Positions 13,218 to 25,752 of a stretch of 64,000 nt of DNA are shown here, piece by piece (the first letter of the stretch is position 1; every line of letters begins with the position of its first letter). The position numbers were made by a program, and so were the translations under genes. Where the stretch lies: the NCBI GenBank assembly GCA_053919585.1, contig CM132783.1, one strand, 5' to 3'. The DNA is from Euprymna scolopes. Taxonomy: Eukaryota. The notes under the pieces were generated by a model. It saw only the letters and a program-made list of their open reading frames with translations. It ran no database searches and had not been told where the DNA came from.

Positions 13218-14844
13218 GGGTCATGCAAAGGTGAGAAACACTGATGTACATACACAGAAAAAGTGGTCAGGCAATGTTATTAATATAAAGATTGGATTGT
13301 TCGCTGTAATATGCAAGATAAAAGCTTTGAAATGTGAGAAAATTTGAAACTTGTTTTGCTGGAATTATTTTATTTTTTTTTTTTTTGATGAAACTCGGTT
13401 GAATTTTCTTCTGTCATTTATCTGCCATGTTATCACAAACACTCCCATCACATTCATCACAAACACTGAAATGGAAACAATTATCAGTTGTGAATACACA
13501 CATTTTTTTGTCTTTTAACTTTTGTGCTTTGGAATTTTTTTAGATGATGATGGATTATTCGAATTATTCCGGATTACTTTTTGTATCTTTGTTTGTCTGT
13601 CCTTCCACTTTCTCTCGGAAATTACTAGCTGAAATTTTATAATTCCCTTTGCTATGATAAAGTGCAACAAACTAAGTATTATGGTATCCGTTCGATGCAC
13701 AGTTAGGATTAATAGAGATTAGTATCTGATACAAAAATGAGCACAAATTTAATCATATTCAATCAGCAATTTGGCATAAAGAACTCATTCTTAATCAATG
13801 AACTAAAATTATTGTGGGTTTTAACAGATTAAAAAGTCTGGTCTTTTAACTATTTTGCTTTGAAATTATTTTAGGTGATGATTGATTATTTGGATTATTT
13901 GAATCTTAATTGTAACATTTGACCTTCTTCAGGTGTATCTTTTTAAGTGAGGACCAATAATTTGTATTATTAGACTACTATTTTCATATTGGTTATTATT
14001 TTCACAACATTTTGACCGATATAACACCCCGGCCTTCTTCAGGTGCATCTTTTTGAATCTGGAAACTTTTCCGTCATACTTGGCAACCTATATTTAATTA
14101 TTTTACTTTAATTTGTACATAGCTTCCTAAGTTCGAAAAGATACACCTGGAGAAAGTTGTAGATTACATCAGATGTGAAACGTTAGGAAAATAACAAGGA
14201 TGAGAATAGTATCTATTACTTGTATTGATCGGACTATTGTTCTCATTTTGAGTGTTATTTGTGCAACGTTTCGGTCCGATTAGCCTTCGACTGTCCTCAA
14301 GTATGTTGGTTGTTGTCTGTTTCCAAATGAGGACAATAGTCCAATCAATACAAGTAATAAAAACAATTCAAAACTTTAATGAGAATAGTAGTTTGAATAA
14401 ATCAATACAAACCTTTATTGATGATTTCTATCATTTTTCTAAAGTTAAATCAATACTTATATTAAATATTTACTGTATATAGCATGGAAATTAAATTGAA
14501 AATAAACATGGCCACATGTCTTTTCTATAAAATGGGTAACTCAGTGCGTTTTGCCAGCATGTAAAATGGCTGTTAAACCGATGATGATAAATTTTCTGAT
14601 GAGTAAATTACCCCCTTGTGTAATTTTGTGGAGACGTGTAATTTGCATATATCATCCTAAACACATTGCGACCTGGCCAAACAATGTCAAAATACATATT
14701 ATTGCATAAATTATATTCAATGTTTTCTCATTTTTAGATGAGATTTGGGATTGTTTCGATTATTCAGACTACTATTCTCATCTTGGTTGTTATTTTTACA
14801 ATGTTTCTATTGATGTAACCTCTGATCATCTTCAGATCCTTGAG

Positions 14845-17800
14845 TTTTTTTTTTTTTTTTTTTTTTTATTCAATTTTCACCCCAAACAAGGCACAGTGCC
14901 ACTTTGAAGCAGGGGGCTACTATTAGGGAATTAATTAGCGGGGTCATTATGAAGGGAGAAGAGTAGAAAGATGTTTGTTAACATTACACTTGAACTTCTG
15001 CATATCATTGCAGTTGGGAAAGCAGAATCCCGGAAGGGAGTTCCAAAGACCCGCAGTTCTGGGGAAGAAACTATTGGAGTAAAAGGCTTTCTTGCACCTA
15101 GGGATCTCCACTGTAAAGGGATGAGACTTAGTAGCTTGTCGGGTTTGTCGGGGGTAGTTACGTCGGGGAGGTACAAGTGTTTGCAGTTCGTCAGAGCATT
15201 CACCATTAAAGTATTTGTAGAACAGGCAGAGGGATGCAACATCTCGTCGATGGGACAGAGCTTGAAGCCCAGATGACAGTTCAGGACCTATCAGGTTTGC
15301 GACTCTTTTTTGAACCCTGTCCAGGAGCGAGAGACAAGCAGCAGATGCACCAGCCCAGATGTGACAACAGTACTCCATACATGGGCGAATGGTTGCCTTA
15401 TAGAGGTATAGGATACTGGCAGGCGTAAGTAGTTTTCTAGCACGGTAGAGGGAGCCAACCTTCCTTGCAGCAGCCTTGGCAATGCTCTCAATGTATCTAT
15501 TCCAGTTCATATTCCCTGTAAACGTTAGGCCGAGGAGTTTAAAAGAAGTACTTTCAGGCAATGTGTTCTTGGCCATTGCTATTGGTGGTAGAGAAGGTTT
15601 CTTGTAGTTATTGAAGGAAACAAGCTTAGTCTTAGCAGCATTGAATGAGACCAACCATTTTTGTCCCCATTCCACTACGGATTGGAGGTCATCCTCTAGT
15701 GTGTCTGCCATTTTCTTGGATATGTGTTCATTTGTTTTCCCCTCATATCTGTTATAGAGAGTGGTGTCATCGGCAAATATACCCATCTCCGAAACAATAT
15801 TATCAGGGAGGTCGTTTATGGATATCAGGAACAATAGAGGTCCAAGGATAGACCCCTGAGGCACTCCCGCATTTATGTCATATTGTTTGGATGTACGTCC
15901 GTCGAGGACAACTTTGATTTTTCTATTACTTAAGAAGGATTTAATTACGTTATGAATTCTTCCAGTGATTCCATATGATCTAATTTTCCTTAGAAGACCA
16001 TCGTGCCATACCCTGTCAAAAGCCTTAGATATATCAAGGGCCACCGCTCTACCCTCCCCTGTTTTATCCAATGAACGGTATATACGTTCAGAAACTACAG
16101 TTAAGATATCTGCTGTTGAACGGGCTTGCCTGAATCCATATTGTTTGTCAGTCAAGAGTTTAGCAGCTGTTAGGTGCTGGACTAGGGCTTTATTAACTAA
16201 GGACTCAAATATTTTGGCGAAAAGCGGGAGGAGGCTAATGGGGCGATAATTTAGTGGGTCAGTTCTTTCACCAGAATTCTTGAAGACTGGTACCACAGAG
16301 GCGGTTTTCCAGCAGTCGGGAAAACAAGATTCGTTAAGGCATTTATTGTAAAGTTTGGACAGAACTGGAGCAACCTCGGCAGAGCATTTTTTTAATAGCA
16401 CAGCCGGGATGAGATCTGGTCCACATGCTTTAGAGGTGTCTAGGTTTTTTATAATAGCATGTACCTGAGAAGGGGTGATTTTCAAGTCGTCAAGTGTGGC
16501 GTCTGTTCGCAGAGGAAAATCAGGGAGTGAGTGGTGTACCGAGTTCAGTGTGGAGTTTGAGGCAAACCGACTGGCAAGCAGATTAGCCTTGTCAGTTGCC
16601 GTGCAAGCAACCTCATGATTGTTTGTTAGTGGGGGAATAATTGACTGTCCATTATTAACTACGCTGTTGTAGATTTTCCAAAAATCCCGGGTTCCTAATT
16701 TCTGTGCTTCGATGCGCTTTCTGGTGGTTTCAGAGTAATCTGACTTAGCTGTGTCTATCACTCTCTTACAATTATTTCTAGCTTCTATAAACTTCTGTTT
16801 ATTTGAGCTGGACTTATGTCGATTGAATCTGCGGAACGCATGCTGCCTTTGACAAATGGCAGCTGCACAAGCAGAAGAAAACCATTGGGGGGAGTGGGGC
16901 TTGCTATAGTATTTCCGTGCGGGAACATGTGCTTCAATAGCAGTTTTGAACCATTCAGTTGTCTCATTTGCACACTGTTCCGCTGGAAGAGTAAAGATAT
17001 TTTGCCATGGGGCATCTCTGATGAGCTCCCTGATGGCTTCCCAATCAGCCTTTTTGTAATACCTCGTTGTTTTGAGTAGTGGGTCTTCAGTTTTAGGGCG
17101 AGAATTTAGGCTGATTTCTACCATTATCACAGCGTGATCAGCATTCCCGAGTGGGCTATGGGCATTTGTTGTACAGTCATTGGGAACTGTTGTCAGAAAG
17201 AGATCTAGAAGTGAGGCATGTTGATCGTGCTGGTCTGGGAAACGTGTCGGAAATGTAACCATCTGAGATAGGGAATGAGATATAGAGAAGCTATATGTGG
17301 CGCTACCAGCTACGTCTGTGTGATTTGAGAATCCTAGCCAGTTACTGTGGTGGACATTGAAGTCACCAAATACATGTATTTGTGCGCTAGTATCAAGGGA
17401 GAGTGCTATATCTATGCTGTCTGAGACTTTGTTTATTAGGGTACAGTCTTGGTTTGAGGGAGAGCGGTAGAGAAAATATAAGTAGCTAATATTGTGTTGC
17501 ATATTTAGTCTGAAGCACATAAAGGCCTGGCCCTCTGATTCTAGTTTTATTTCTCTAGTTAGGGGGAGGGTGTTTCGAATATAGACTCCAAGTCCATGCA
17601 TATGTCTGTCCGAGTCCTTACGGTAGAGTGGGAGATAACCAGGCATGTTAAAGTGGTTAGAGGGTATGGAGGAGTGAAGGTTAGTTTCACTTAATGCTAA
17701 GATATCCGGGGTGTTTACAAGGAGAAATGACTCAACATCATCTAAGTTAGTTCTAAGCCCGCGGATATTAGTAAATGCAAGCCTCAAGGGAGGAGGCAGG

Positions 17801-18632
17801 TTGGTTTTCTTTGAGTTTGGTCCTGGTTTAAACGTAACTTTTGCTTGAGCTGTCATTTCATTTTATTTTATTTAAAAGTTTCAGTTAGGGTGGATGAGTG
17901 AGGGGGTGCTGGACAAGTAGTTGTGCAGAATACCAGACATGCAATACAAGTAGACCATCAGCTGTCCTCACCCACAGGATTGTGGCCTCAGGAAAGCCCA
18001 CCGGGGATGAGTGCAGGGTCCCTTTCCATGCGCGACATGGCACTACAAACATCCCGATATTTTACAACTGTTGATGGAGCAGCCGCTCTAAGCGCTACCA
18101 AAGAGTTAGGGCTCCTGTACTATCAGTCAGAAACAGCAGCCAGGAACTGTCAATCCGGTACCCTCAATCCATTAGGCAAAGCCAGCCCAGTCCAACTGCA
18201 CTGACATATATGGCACTGAAGCACCCCACTGTGTCCAGTTAAGGGGGATGGGATGTGGCAGGAGTGGGGAAAAGCGGCGTTCATTACCCTAGTCAGGAAA
18301 CAAGGTCAACCACTGGGTGATTCAAGCGAGTCCCTGTGATAGTACCTCTACGCCTGGCCAATAGGCAAAGAAGGAGTATGAAAGCCGAGCGATAGACAGA
18401 GTCTATCTCCTCCTTAAGCAGTTTAGGTTTGCCAACCGGTGATTTGTTTGAGTCACCAGCTCTAGGAAGGTTGTCGTCCAGGACTGAAGAGACCTCCCTC
18501 CCCTAGGTTTAGTTTCAGAGTTTTCCTTCTCCTAGACGGATGGCCTGGGAAGACCTACGGGTCCATCAGCTCCGAGGGGGTTCGCCCCGCGCCTGGGTCC
18601 TAATCCAGGTATTTCTGCGACCCCGCATGGGT
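14845..18632 (-). mobile_element. Apparently full-length single-ORF non-LTR retrotransposon (family A; CR1-Zenon/Jockey-like, clade unconfirmed)
   Basis: Poly(A) tail at 14845-14867, short 3' UTR, intact 969-aa ORF, GC-rich leader of about 780 bp. 5' boundary estimated from the drop in GC content. Confidence 0.9.
14947..17856 (-). CDS. LINE ORF2-type protein: AP endonuclease plus reverse transcriptase (969 aa)
   Basis: APE motifs NIRGL, LSET, GDFN, LDL, ADH. RT motifs YRPISLL, QYGFR, LDISKAFDRVWH, GVPQGSILGP, FADD, LGL. Confidence 0.95.
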   Translation of the reverse strand: MTAQAKVTFKPGPNSKKTNLPPPLRLAFTNIRGLRTNLDDVESFLLVNTPDILALSETNLHSSIPSNHFNMPGYLPLYRKDSDRHMHGLGVYIRNTLPLTREIKLESEGQAFMCFRLNMQHNISYLYFLYRSPSNQDCTLINKVSDSIDIALSLDTSAQIHVFGDFNVHHSNWLGFSNHTDVAGSATYSFSISHSLSQMVTFPTRFPDQHDQHASLLDLFLTTVPNDCTTNAHSPLGNADHAVIMVEISLNSRPKTEDPLLKTTRYYKKADWEAIRELIRDAPWQNIFTLPAEQCANETTEWFKTAIEAHVPARKYYSKPHSPQWFSSACAAAICQRQHAFRRFNRHKSSSNKQKFIEARNNCKRVIDTAKSDYSETTRKRIEAQKLGTRDFWKIYNSVVNNGQSIIPPLTNNHEVACTATDKANLLASRFASNSTLNSVHHSLPDFPLRTDATLDDLKITPSQVHAIIKNLDTSKACGPDLIPAVLLKKCSAEVAPVLSKLYNKCLNESCFPDCWKTASVVPVFKNSGERTDPLNYRPISLLPLFAKIFESLVNKALVQHLTAAKLLTDKQYGFRQARSTADILTVVSERIYRSLDKTGEGRAVALDISKAFDRVWHDGLLRKIRSYGITGRIHNVIKSFLSNRKIKVVLDGRTSKQYDINAGVPQGSILGPLLFLISINDLPDNIVSEMGIFADDTTLYNRYEGKTNEHISKKMADTLEDDLQSVVEWGQKWLVSFNAAKTKLVSFNNYKKPSLPPIAMAKNTLPESTSFKLLGLTFTGNMNWNRYIESIAKAAARKVGSLYRARKLLTPASILYLYKATIRPCMEYCCHIWAGASAACLSLLDRVQKRVANLIGPELSSGLQALSHRRDVASLCLFYKYFNGECSDELQTLVPPRRNYPRQTRQATKSHPFTVEIPRCKKAFYSNSFFPRTAGLWNSLPGFCFPNCNDMQKFKCNVNKHLSTLLPS

Positions 18633-18926
18633 AGTTAATATTTATTGGTTATTTAGGTTAATATCTCCTGGAAAAATCGGGCATTTAGGTTAGCTTCTAC
18701 AGAAGATTTTCACTCCTCAGTTGCTCTTTGCCTTTATAAATTGTGATCCCAACCCAATAATTAAAAAAAAAAAAGGATGTACTTTTTCAAACTTGGAAGT
18801 TCAAACTGCACCTTTTATTTAAATCACATATAAGTTCTCGAATTCAGCAGAATGTTTCTAAAATTCAAAATATATACCTGTAGATCATCAGAGATTACAT
18901 AGTTGTGAAAATACCAACATGATGAG

Positions 18927-18964
<38 letters not shown>

Positions 18965-19142
18965 CTACTTAATTTACTCACATAAAATTAATATACGAAA
19001 GTATAGATTTATGCGTAAGCTTTAAGTATTTACTTCAAAAGTGCTCAATAGTAGAGCTAGTTAGTAATTTATAAAATATATATGGCGATTAAGCTACACT
19101 GAATATTCCGTGTTTCATCCACTCTAGGACTCTTCAGGCTTA

Positions 19143-19183
<41 letters not shown>

Positions 19184-19464
19184 TGTGTGTGATGAAAATT
19201 ATGCCAGTAATAGTCTAACATGATAGAAAGATGAAAACGCAACAAACCAAAATTATACGTTCATCAACATTTCATCTTTATTTCAAGATTTCTTTGGGAT
19301 GATTGTATTGAAGAAAGAAAACATCAGTACAACATTCGAAAATAATAAACAAACACAACAAATATATTTTCAACTATTGTACTGCTATTTTAGTTCTCAA
19401 ATCAATTATTCTACAGAATTTTTTTTAAAAATAGACGAAACGTTGATGAACATACATTTTGGTT

Positions 19465-19597
19465 NNNNNNNNNNNNNNNNNNNNNNNNNNNNNNNNNNNN
19501 NNNNNNNNNNNNNNNNNNNNNNNNNNNNNNNNNNNNNNNNNNNNNNNNNNNNNNNNNNNNNNNNNNNNNNNNNNNNNNNNNNNNNNNNNNNNNNNNN
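19465..19597. other. Assembly gap (N run)
   Basis: Run of N. Confidence 1.
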
Positions 19598-19859
19598 TAG
19601 CAATGCAGAGAGCCGGCTGTTGTGTTAGTGTGATGTATGAATAAAGGAAAAAATTATTTGTTTTGTTATTTATTCATTTTAGTAGATCCATTTATTTTTC
19701 AAGATAATCACAATACAAATTAGTAAACATGATGGTGGAAGTCTTAATATTTCGAGAATACATCTCTTTTTCAAAAGGAAAGGGACCAAAGAATGTCTTA
19801 AAAAAAGAAAAACATTGAAATATTTATCAGCGATGCTTCAAGCAAACTACGTTTCTCTG

Positions 19860-19895
<36 letters not shown>

Positions 19896-20579
19896 TATTC
19901 CCTAGAAAATTCCTCTATCAGAGGAAACAGTTGGAGCTGGAGGTTGTACGTTTATCTATTTCTATTGTGTATTCAGTCGATTTCAGGATAATGATATGTA
20001 GTGTTACATGATTAGCATCTGGTTTTAATTTGTATTACATGAATTATATCATATGAAGTCGAGTGTTATGTGTGTGTGTGGCTGACAGTTATTAAATTAC
20101 AAATTAAAAATGTATTGATATTAATAAAGAATTCATACATTATTTTATATTTTTCTTTGAGTATAAAAAAGTTTATTATATATTTATTATTTAAAGCGTT
20201 TTATTTATTTTTTGTTTGTTTTAACATTAAGCTAAGGCATGATGGTTGAGAGGAAGTTGGGTTAGAGACAATGACTAGCTTAATCAAATCCAAGGGTCTT
20301 TATAAGTTTGCTATTCCTTAATGCTGAAGTAGTGGTTCCTATACGTGGTCATGAAAGTCATTGTATTTTATTTATTTCTCTAAAAAAATTTTTTTTTTTT
20401 TTTTAATGTATTTCTGTCATAAAATTGCAAAGAGTGAAACCTACATAACGTAGCAAAAAATGTCTCTCGGACAATGCTGGATAGGGACAGCTAGTAAATG
20501 AATTAAACTTGTGTGTTTGTGCCTTAAAAAATGATGGCATACATATTTTTCATGGGTTTCCAATTTAACTATAATTTTT

Positions 20580-20999
20580 TTGTGATGTGTCACGGACTGA
20601 TGACCTGCGTCTACCAAGTTTGAGTCCAGCCAATTCTACAGTATCATTTTCACTTAGGGATGTTGGCAACCCCTGATGTGGTCACTCCCTGCAAGAATGT
20701 TGACAGCAGAATTAAGCCGATCAACAGCGTTGTACGATGATGACTTATTTATTTACTTTATTTAAGTTATAAAAAAGAAAATGTTGTCTCCTTTTCGCCT
20801 TAAATAATTATCTCCCTTTGTACATTGTGACATTGAATTATATCTCCCATATTCCAAAACAGTCTCATCTGATTGGTCAAAACATTGAAATCAAAGAGCA
20901 GACATGGCTGTTGATTCCTGTATTTCTTCATCTTTATCACTCATGTGCATCCAGGTTACTCACTTTATTGAAAGGTGACTACACGAACTGATGACCTAG

Positions 21000-21032
<33 letters not shown>

Positions 21033-21335
21033 GAAGTCGTCACTTATCAAGGCCTGAAGGCCACTTGAGGATATGAGTTAATGATTGTACAGTAGTCAAT
21101 GGGACAACTTTGTAGTAATTGTTAGTAGTGGAAATTTGGTAAATTGGATTACTTAAGAGGATGATTCATCAAGAATTTGTTTACGTTGGACTTGTTGTTG
21201 TGTCAAGTTCAAATCCAATATGTTCCATATCATTACTTTCACTTAGGGATGTTGGCAACCTTCATGTGATCCCTTCTGCAATAATTTCAACAACAGAATC
21301 AAGCCAATCAACAAGGTTGTACCATGCAAACTTAT
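20580..21335 (+). mobile_element. Two copies of a SINE-like repeat; the second is interrupted by a minus-strand LINE tail (about 21000-21200)
   Basis: Shared actgatgacct..ttcacttagggatgttggcaacc..agaat.aagcc.atcaaca at about 20610-20745 and 20985-21335. B-box-like gttcaaatcc. Confidence 0.55.
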
Positions 21336-22833
21336 ACAAAGTTATTTTACAATTTACATAATTAATTAGAAATCACTTGGCAAAAACATTTGTCATCTTT
21401 TTTATTAAAAATACTAATATACGAAAGGACCCCTCCACATACAAAAAAAAAAAAAAAATTCCCCGCTACTCCAGAAACAGAACTTAATTACTTACTCTAG
21501 AGAATGGAATCCATTTATAGTCATTGAATATTTGCATAAAAAGATTATTTCCCTTACACGTTGTAACAATGCTGCTTCCCTACTTCAATAGTCATCTTCA
21601 AGTCCAATGTTTACAAATTCTTGTTATAAACCGTCCTCTAAGTGGTCAAATGTCCCTAGCAGCTGGACAAATTCTCTATTTATACAAGAACATAGAGAAA
21701 ATTGGGTTTATAGTCAAGATTGCTTGCTCTTATTGACTCCCGGTTTCTACTTTGCAGATGAGATGATGGTGGCAAACAATATATGATCCCTCCCGATTAA
21801 TACTCATCTTCCTCTCAGATAGCATGAAATCTCCCCTTCTTTCCTTATGTTAAGAATGGCTTTCTTGTCTGCTTCACCATGTTTAATTATCCATCCAAAT
21901 GGACAGCAGAAACTGGAAGTCAAGAAGGGCAGACATTCTTGACTATAACTATATTTTCTATACTAGTAAACCACAGAAGTTTTTTGTTATTGTTCTGCGC
22001 ACACACACACACACTGGGAAATTAATTTCAGAAGCAGCGACAATAGGATGGAATTTATTCATGCCATTGAGTATTTGTATAAAAACATTGTTTTCGTTAC
22101 GTTTTGCCACAATGCTGCTTCCCATACATTACAAGATAGTCGTTTTCAAGTCCAATGTTAACAAATTCTTGTCCTCATAAGTGGTCACATTTTATTTGTT
22201 CAATTCCTCAGTTTCAATCCCATATCGTTAAACTAAGAATCCAGCCTTTATATTTCTGCTTCCACATAAACACATTCAGATAGCTGTCCACCATTCTGCA
22301 ATGAATTCCACAGTAGCATTTATTCTGCATTTTTTACTGCAAGAAATAAGGATTTCATAGATCTCAACATTAGACACCTTAACTCTAGCGATAACTTTAG
22401 ACAAAACTAACAAAAGTAGATTGTGGGTGTGTGCGCGCACTGCATATGATTGACAGGGCTTTTCTTTTTATCATTAGGGTTATGAGTTTCAGCCTTTGCA
22501 TTCTCTAGCCCTTTTTCAGGTGCATTTTGGTAAAATTCTTAGGTTAACTCAAAGTGGGTCAACACCCTGAGGGTAAGACTCATAGTTCATCAGCATAGAT
22601 GAAGCAATATTCGATCTGTGCATGGGTGATTGATAGCTTTATAGAAATATAGGATCATGTCAGATGTGAGAAGTTTTTTAGCCTAGTAGAGGGAACTTGC
22701 CTTCTTTGTAGCAGCCTTGGCAATGTCTTCTATATATTTGTTCCAATTCATGTTAGGCAGAGGAAATTGAATGATGTTAATATCCATGGAAATCGGTGGA
22801 TAAGTTCTGCTAATAACAGTGTATGTATTTTTG

Positions 22834-22883
<50 letters not shown>

Positions 22884-22887
22884 ATAA

Positions 22888-23550
22888 TCTTCTCTACTTA
22901 TAAATAAAAAAGCACTTTGTGTGTGTGTGTGTGAATTTGTTCCCTATGTACTCTAAAACTGCCAGGCCAATTATTTTGAAATTTCACACAAATGTATTTG
23001 ATGTGTCTGGGAGTGTTCTTAGATAGTTTTTTTTTAATCAGAATGCCTTAGTATTGAAAATTTATAATGAAAAAATAAAGAAGGAAGTTCGATTTTGACC
23101 CAAGTTTTATACAACCTAATATCACAATTATATTTGAAAACTTTTATCACTGCACAAGCAGAATGGCCCAGCATATAAAATTAACAGCAGGTTTTTTGAT
23201 AAGACAGGGGCACGTTCAGAATGAATGTTTCTGTTTAAACCACAAGTGAACCATGATATTTGACTTTTGTACTTGAAGCTTTAATTATATAAAAATAATT
23301 TTATAAAATCAACAGTAGGTTCTCTACAGTGCAATGTCAACTATAATTTATTGTGGACCGAGCCAATGCGGGGAGGTATATGAAGCTTCCTCCTAGTACA
23401 CCATAGTGGATCCCCAACTAGATCAAGCAATTAATTAATTTGATTGGAAAATAGTCGATTTCACCAATTTCGATGACAATAAAAGTATTGAAAGGTAGAA
23501 CATTTGTCGATCCTTATTCAATCCTGGGCAACGTTGGGTCTCCCTGCTAG
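22888..23550 (+). mobile_element. Complete non-autonomous Helitron-like element
   Basis: A|TC start, subterminal GC hairpin and CTAG|T end. The 3' part is repeated at 61535-61953. Confidence 0.7.
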
Positions 23551-23794
23551 TATATATAAGTATAAATCATAGTTCAAAACCGTGTAAACATATGGATAAA
23601 CAAATAAAGTAAAATATCAAATGATTGTTTTTTTGTCTTCTGACTTATAATTATGTAAAACAAAAAATAGAAAATACATCTTATTTTAAGAGGTTTTGAT
23701 ATAGTTTGTTGAAGCATTGTTTAGTGTGTAATCTGCATTGTATAGCTTTCGATACTTTTATGTACATCCTACTTTCTTTCAAATGTCTTTGTAG

Positions 23795-23987
23795 AAACCA
23801 ACACCAGTAACTCTGACCGTCCAAGCGGTATGCATGGACATGGACCAGAACCGTCTTTTGATGTTGGCATTGGCCCCCGACGCGGTGCAATAAAACAGCA
23901 GAAAGTGCATGAAGTAAATGGTCATGAATTCATAGCTAAGTTCTTCCGACAACCAACCTACTGTTCATTCTGCAGCGAGTTTTTATG
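23795..23987 (+). CDS. PRKCD: PKC exon: pseudosubstrate and start of C1A (..[39 protein letters not shown])
   Basis: tttgtag acceptor, TG|gtaagt donor. RRGAIKQ is the PKC delta/theta pseudosubstrate. Confidence 0.95.
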
Positions 23988-25469
23988 GTAAGTAAACCAT
24001 TTCATCTTTTCAGTTATATTATCTACAAAGGTTTTTTGGCGTGAATCCATAATTCCTGATCTATGAAAAACAAAGTATGAAAAATGAATAAAAATCTTAT
24101 GAATGAAAGAAAATATCATACTCCAAAAATTATATAAATTAATCAAGTAGTTTTAGTTAAAAAAAATAAAAAATCAAATTTTATGACTAAATGACAATCA
24201 ACAACCTCTTGACATAATTTAGCAGGAGGATGGAAATTAATTTCAAATAATTCAGTTTTGTGAGATTTTTGAAAGCCATTTTGAAAAACTCAAATTCGTT
24301 TAAAAATTATTTTCTTTTTAAAAATAAAACTATTTGATCAATTTACGTGATTTTTGGGGCAGAATATTTTTCTTTCTGTCATGGGTACGTACATTAACCA
24401 ATTTTTAAAAAATTATTTTCCCTTTTTCTAGAGGGGGGGTGTATGAACCAGCACAAATTTTCTTTCAAGCTTCTTCTGTTTCCCTTATTGACTATTATTT
24501 GAAAGTCTTTGACAGACACAAGGTTTTTTTTTTCCATGATCTAATGAATCTATTTGTAGTTTGATCAACATGTAAGATTCATAACATCTTGTTGGTGTAA
24601 TATATTCAGAGTTACATCCCTTGACCATTGTTTGAAGCTCTTTGAAGAAATCTATATTCCTTTATAGAAATATATTAGTTCTATGTAACGAAGACTGTCA
24701 CCTGAAAAGAAAAACAAAACCTCTTTTAACACAACAAAAGAATTTCAATGGAAGAAAAGTGTCCGAGTGAGCAAAATGAAGAGTTGAAAGATTTTTGAGC
24801 ATCAGAAAGTTTGTCAGCAGTTAGAAGATGTGGCTTGTGGCAAAAGGCAAAAACAGAGATGAAGGAGGGGACAAACAGATTTATAGTGTGTGTGACCTCC
24901 ATAACTGTCCGTCTCTGCTGACCTGTTTGTTTTTATTACCGTTATATAACTCTGAACCTATTGTTCCTTTGTCTACCATTGATGTCTTGTCTATATCACA
25001 GGTCAGAATCTGGGCTGGTTTCTTTCGTTTGCTCTTTTTTTCAGGAACCTGGCACCGTCCAGGAGTTTTTCTTACTTCAATTCTCATTCTCTTGTTTATG
25101 GCTAGTATATGGCCGGTATCATTATTTAACAAAGCAAAAGTTGAACATCTTTTTGTAGATAAATATCCAGACTCCCATCACCATCTTTGTTGAACATATT
25201 CTAAGTGTACAATATCTTTTTGAAGATAAGGATTTCTTGCTTGGGTAGCAAATGCAAGAATGAGCTGTACTAGAGTTATGTATAGTGGACAAAGAACGTC
25301 ACTTATCAAGGCTCAAAACCACTCAAGGATATGTTTAATATGATGAATGGAATTAATAAAATGTGATTATGTATGGGGTTGGTTTATGACAAGTATTCTT
25401 TGACATTGGATTTGAAGACAACGTGCAGGGAAGCAATCTCACGTTAACGTGTCCTACAGATGAAAATTT

Positions 25470-25752
25470 TGATTATTCAGACTACTGTTCTTATCGTTAG
25501 TGTTATTCTTACAATGTTTCATTCAATGTAACCTCTGACCTCTTCAGATTATCTTGTTGAATTTAGGAATCTGCATGGAATTTTGAATGGAGCATGCTCT
25601 CATTCCATCAGCCATAACTAAGTAGGAATCTTAAGTAATTCGCAATTGTATTCCTAATATCACTCGTACTGAAGTTTGAACCTTTAATCTCCAGAAGAGT
25701 GTCACTTAGAAGTGAATTTAACTTAGTACTTTATCCGTTACGCTACAGGTCC
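25470..25752 (-). mobile_element. tRNA-like head plus pLTR-type tail (left member of a divergent pair)
   Basis: The reverse complement aligns by eye with 26955-27220. Confidence 0.6.

Noticed and set aside
18500-18632. HDV-like ribozyme at the LINE 5' end
   Set aside because: I could not assemble the P1/P1.1/P2/P3 nested pseudoknot by hand; only generic hairpins are supported.
19299-19644. ORFs spanning N runs (also 51031-51297)
   Set aside because: Artefacts of assembly gaps.
20610-20680. C/D box snoRNA (TGATGA..CTGA)
   Set aside because: The sequence is part of a duplicated SINE-like repeat, has no terminal stem, and the D box is not kept in the second copy.
24828-25193. 121-aa ORF and overlapping ORFs
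   Set aside because: No recognisable domain or splice context; possibly old TE debris.
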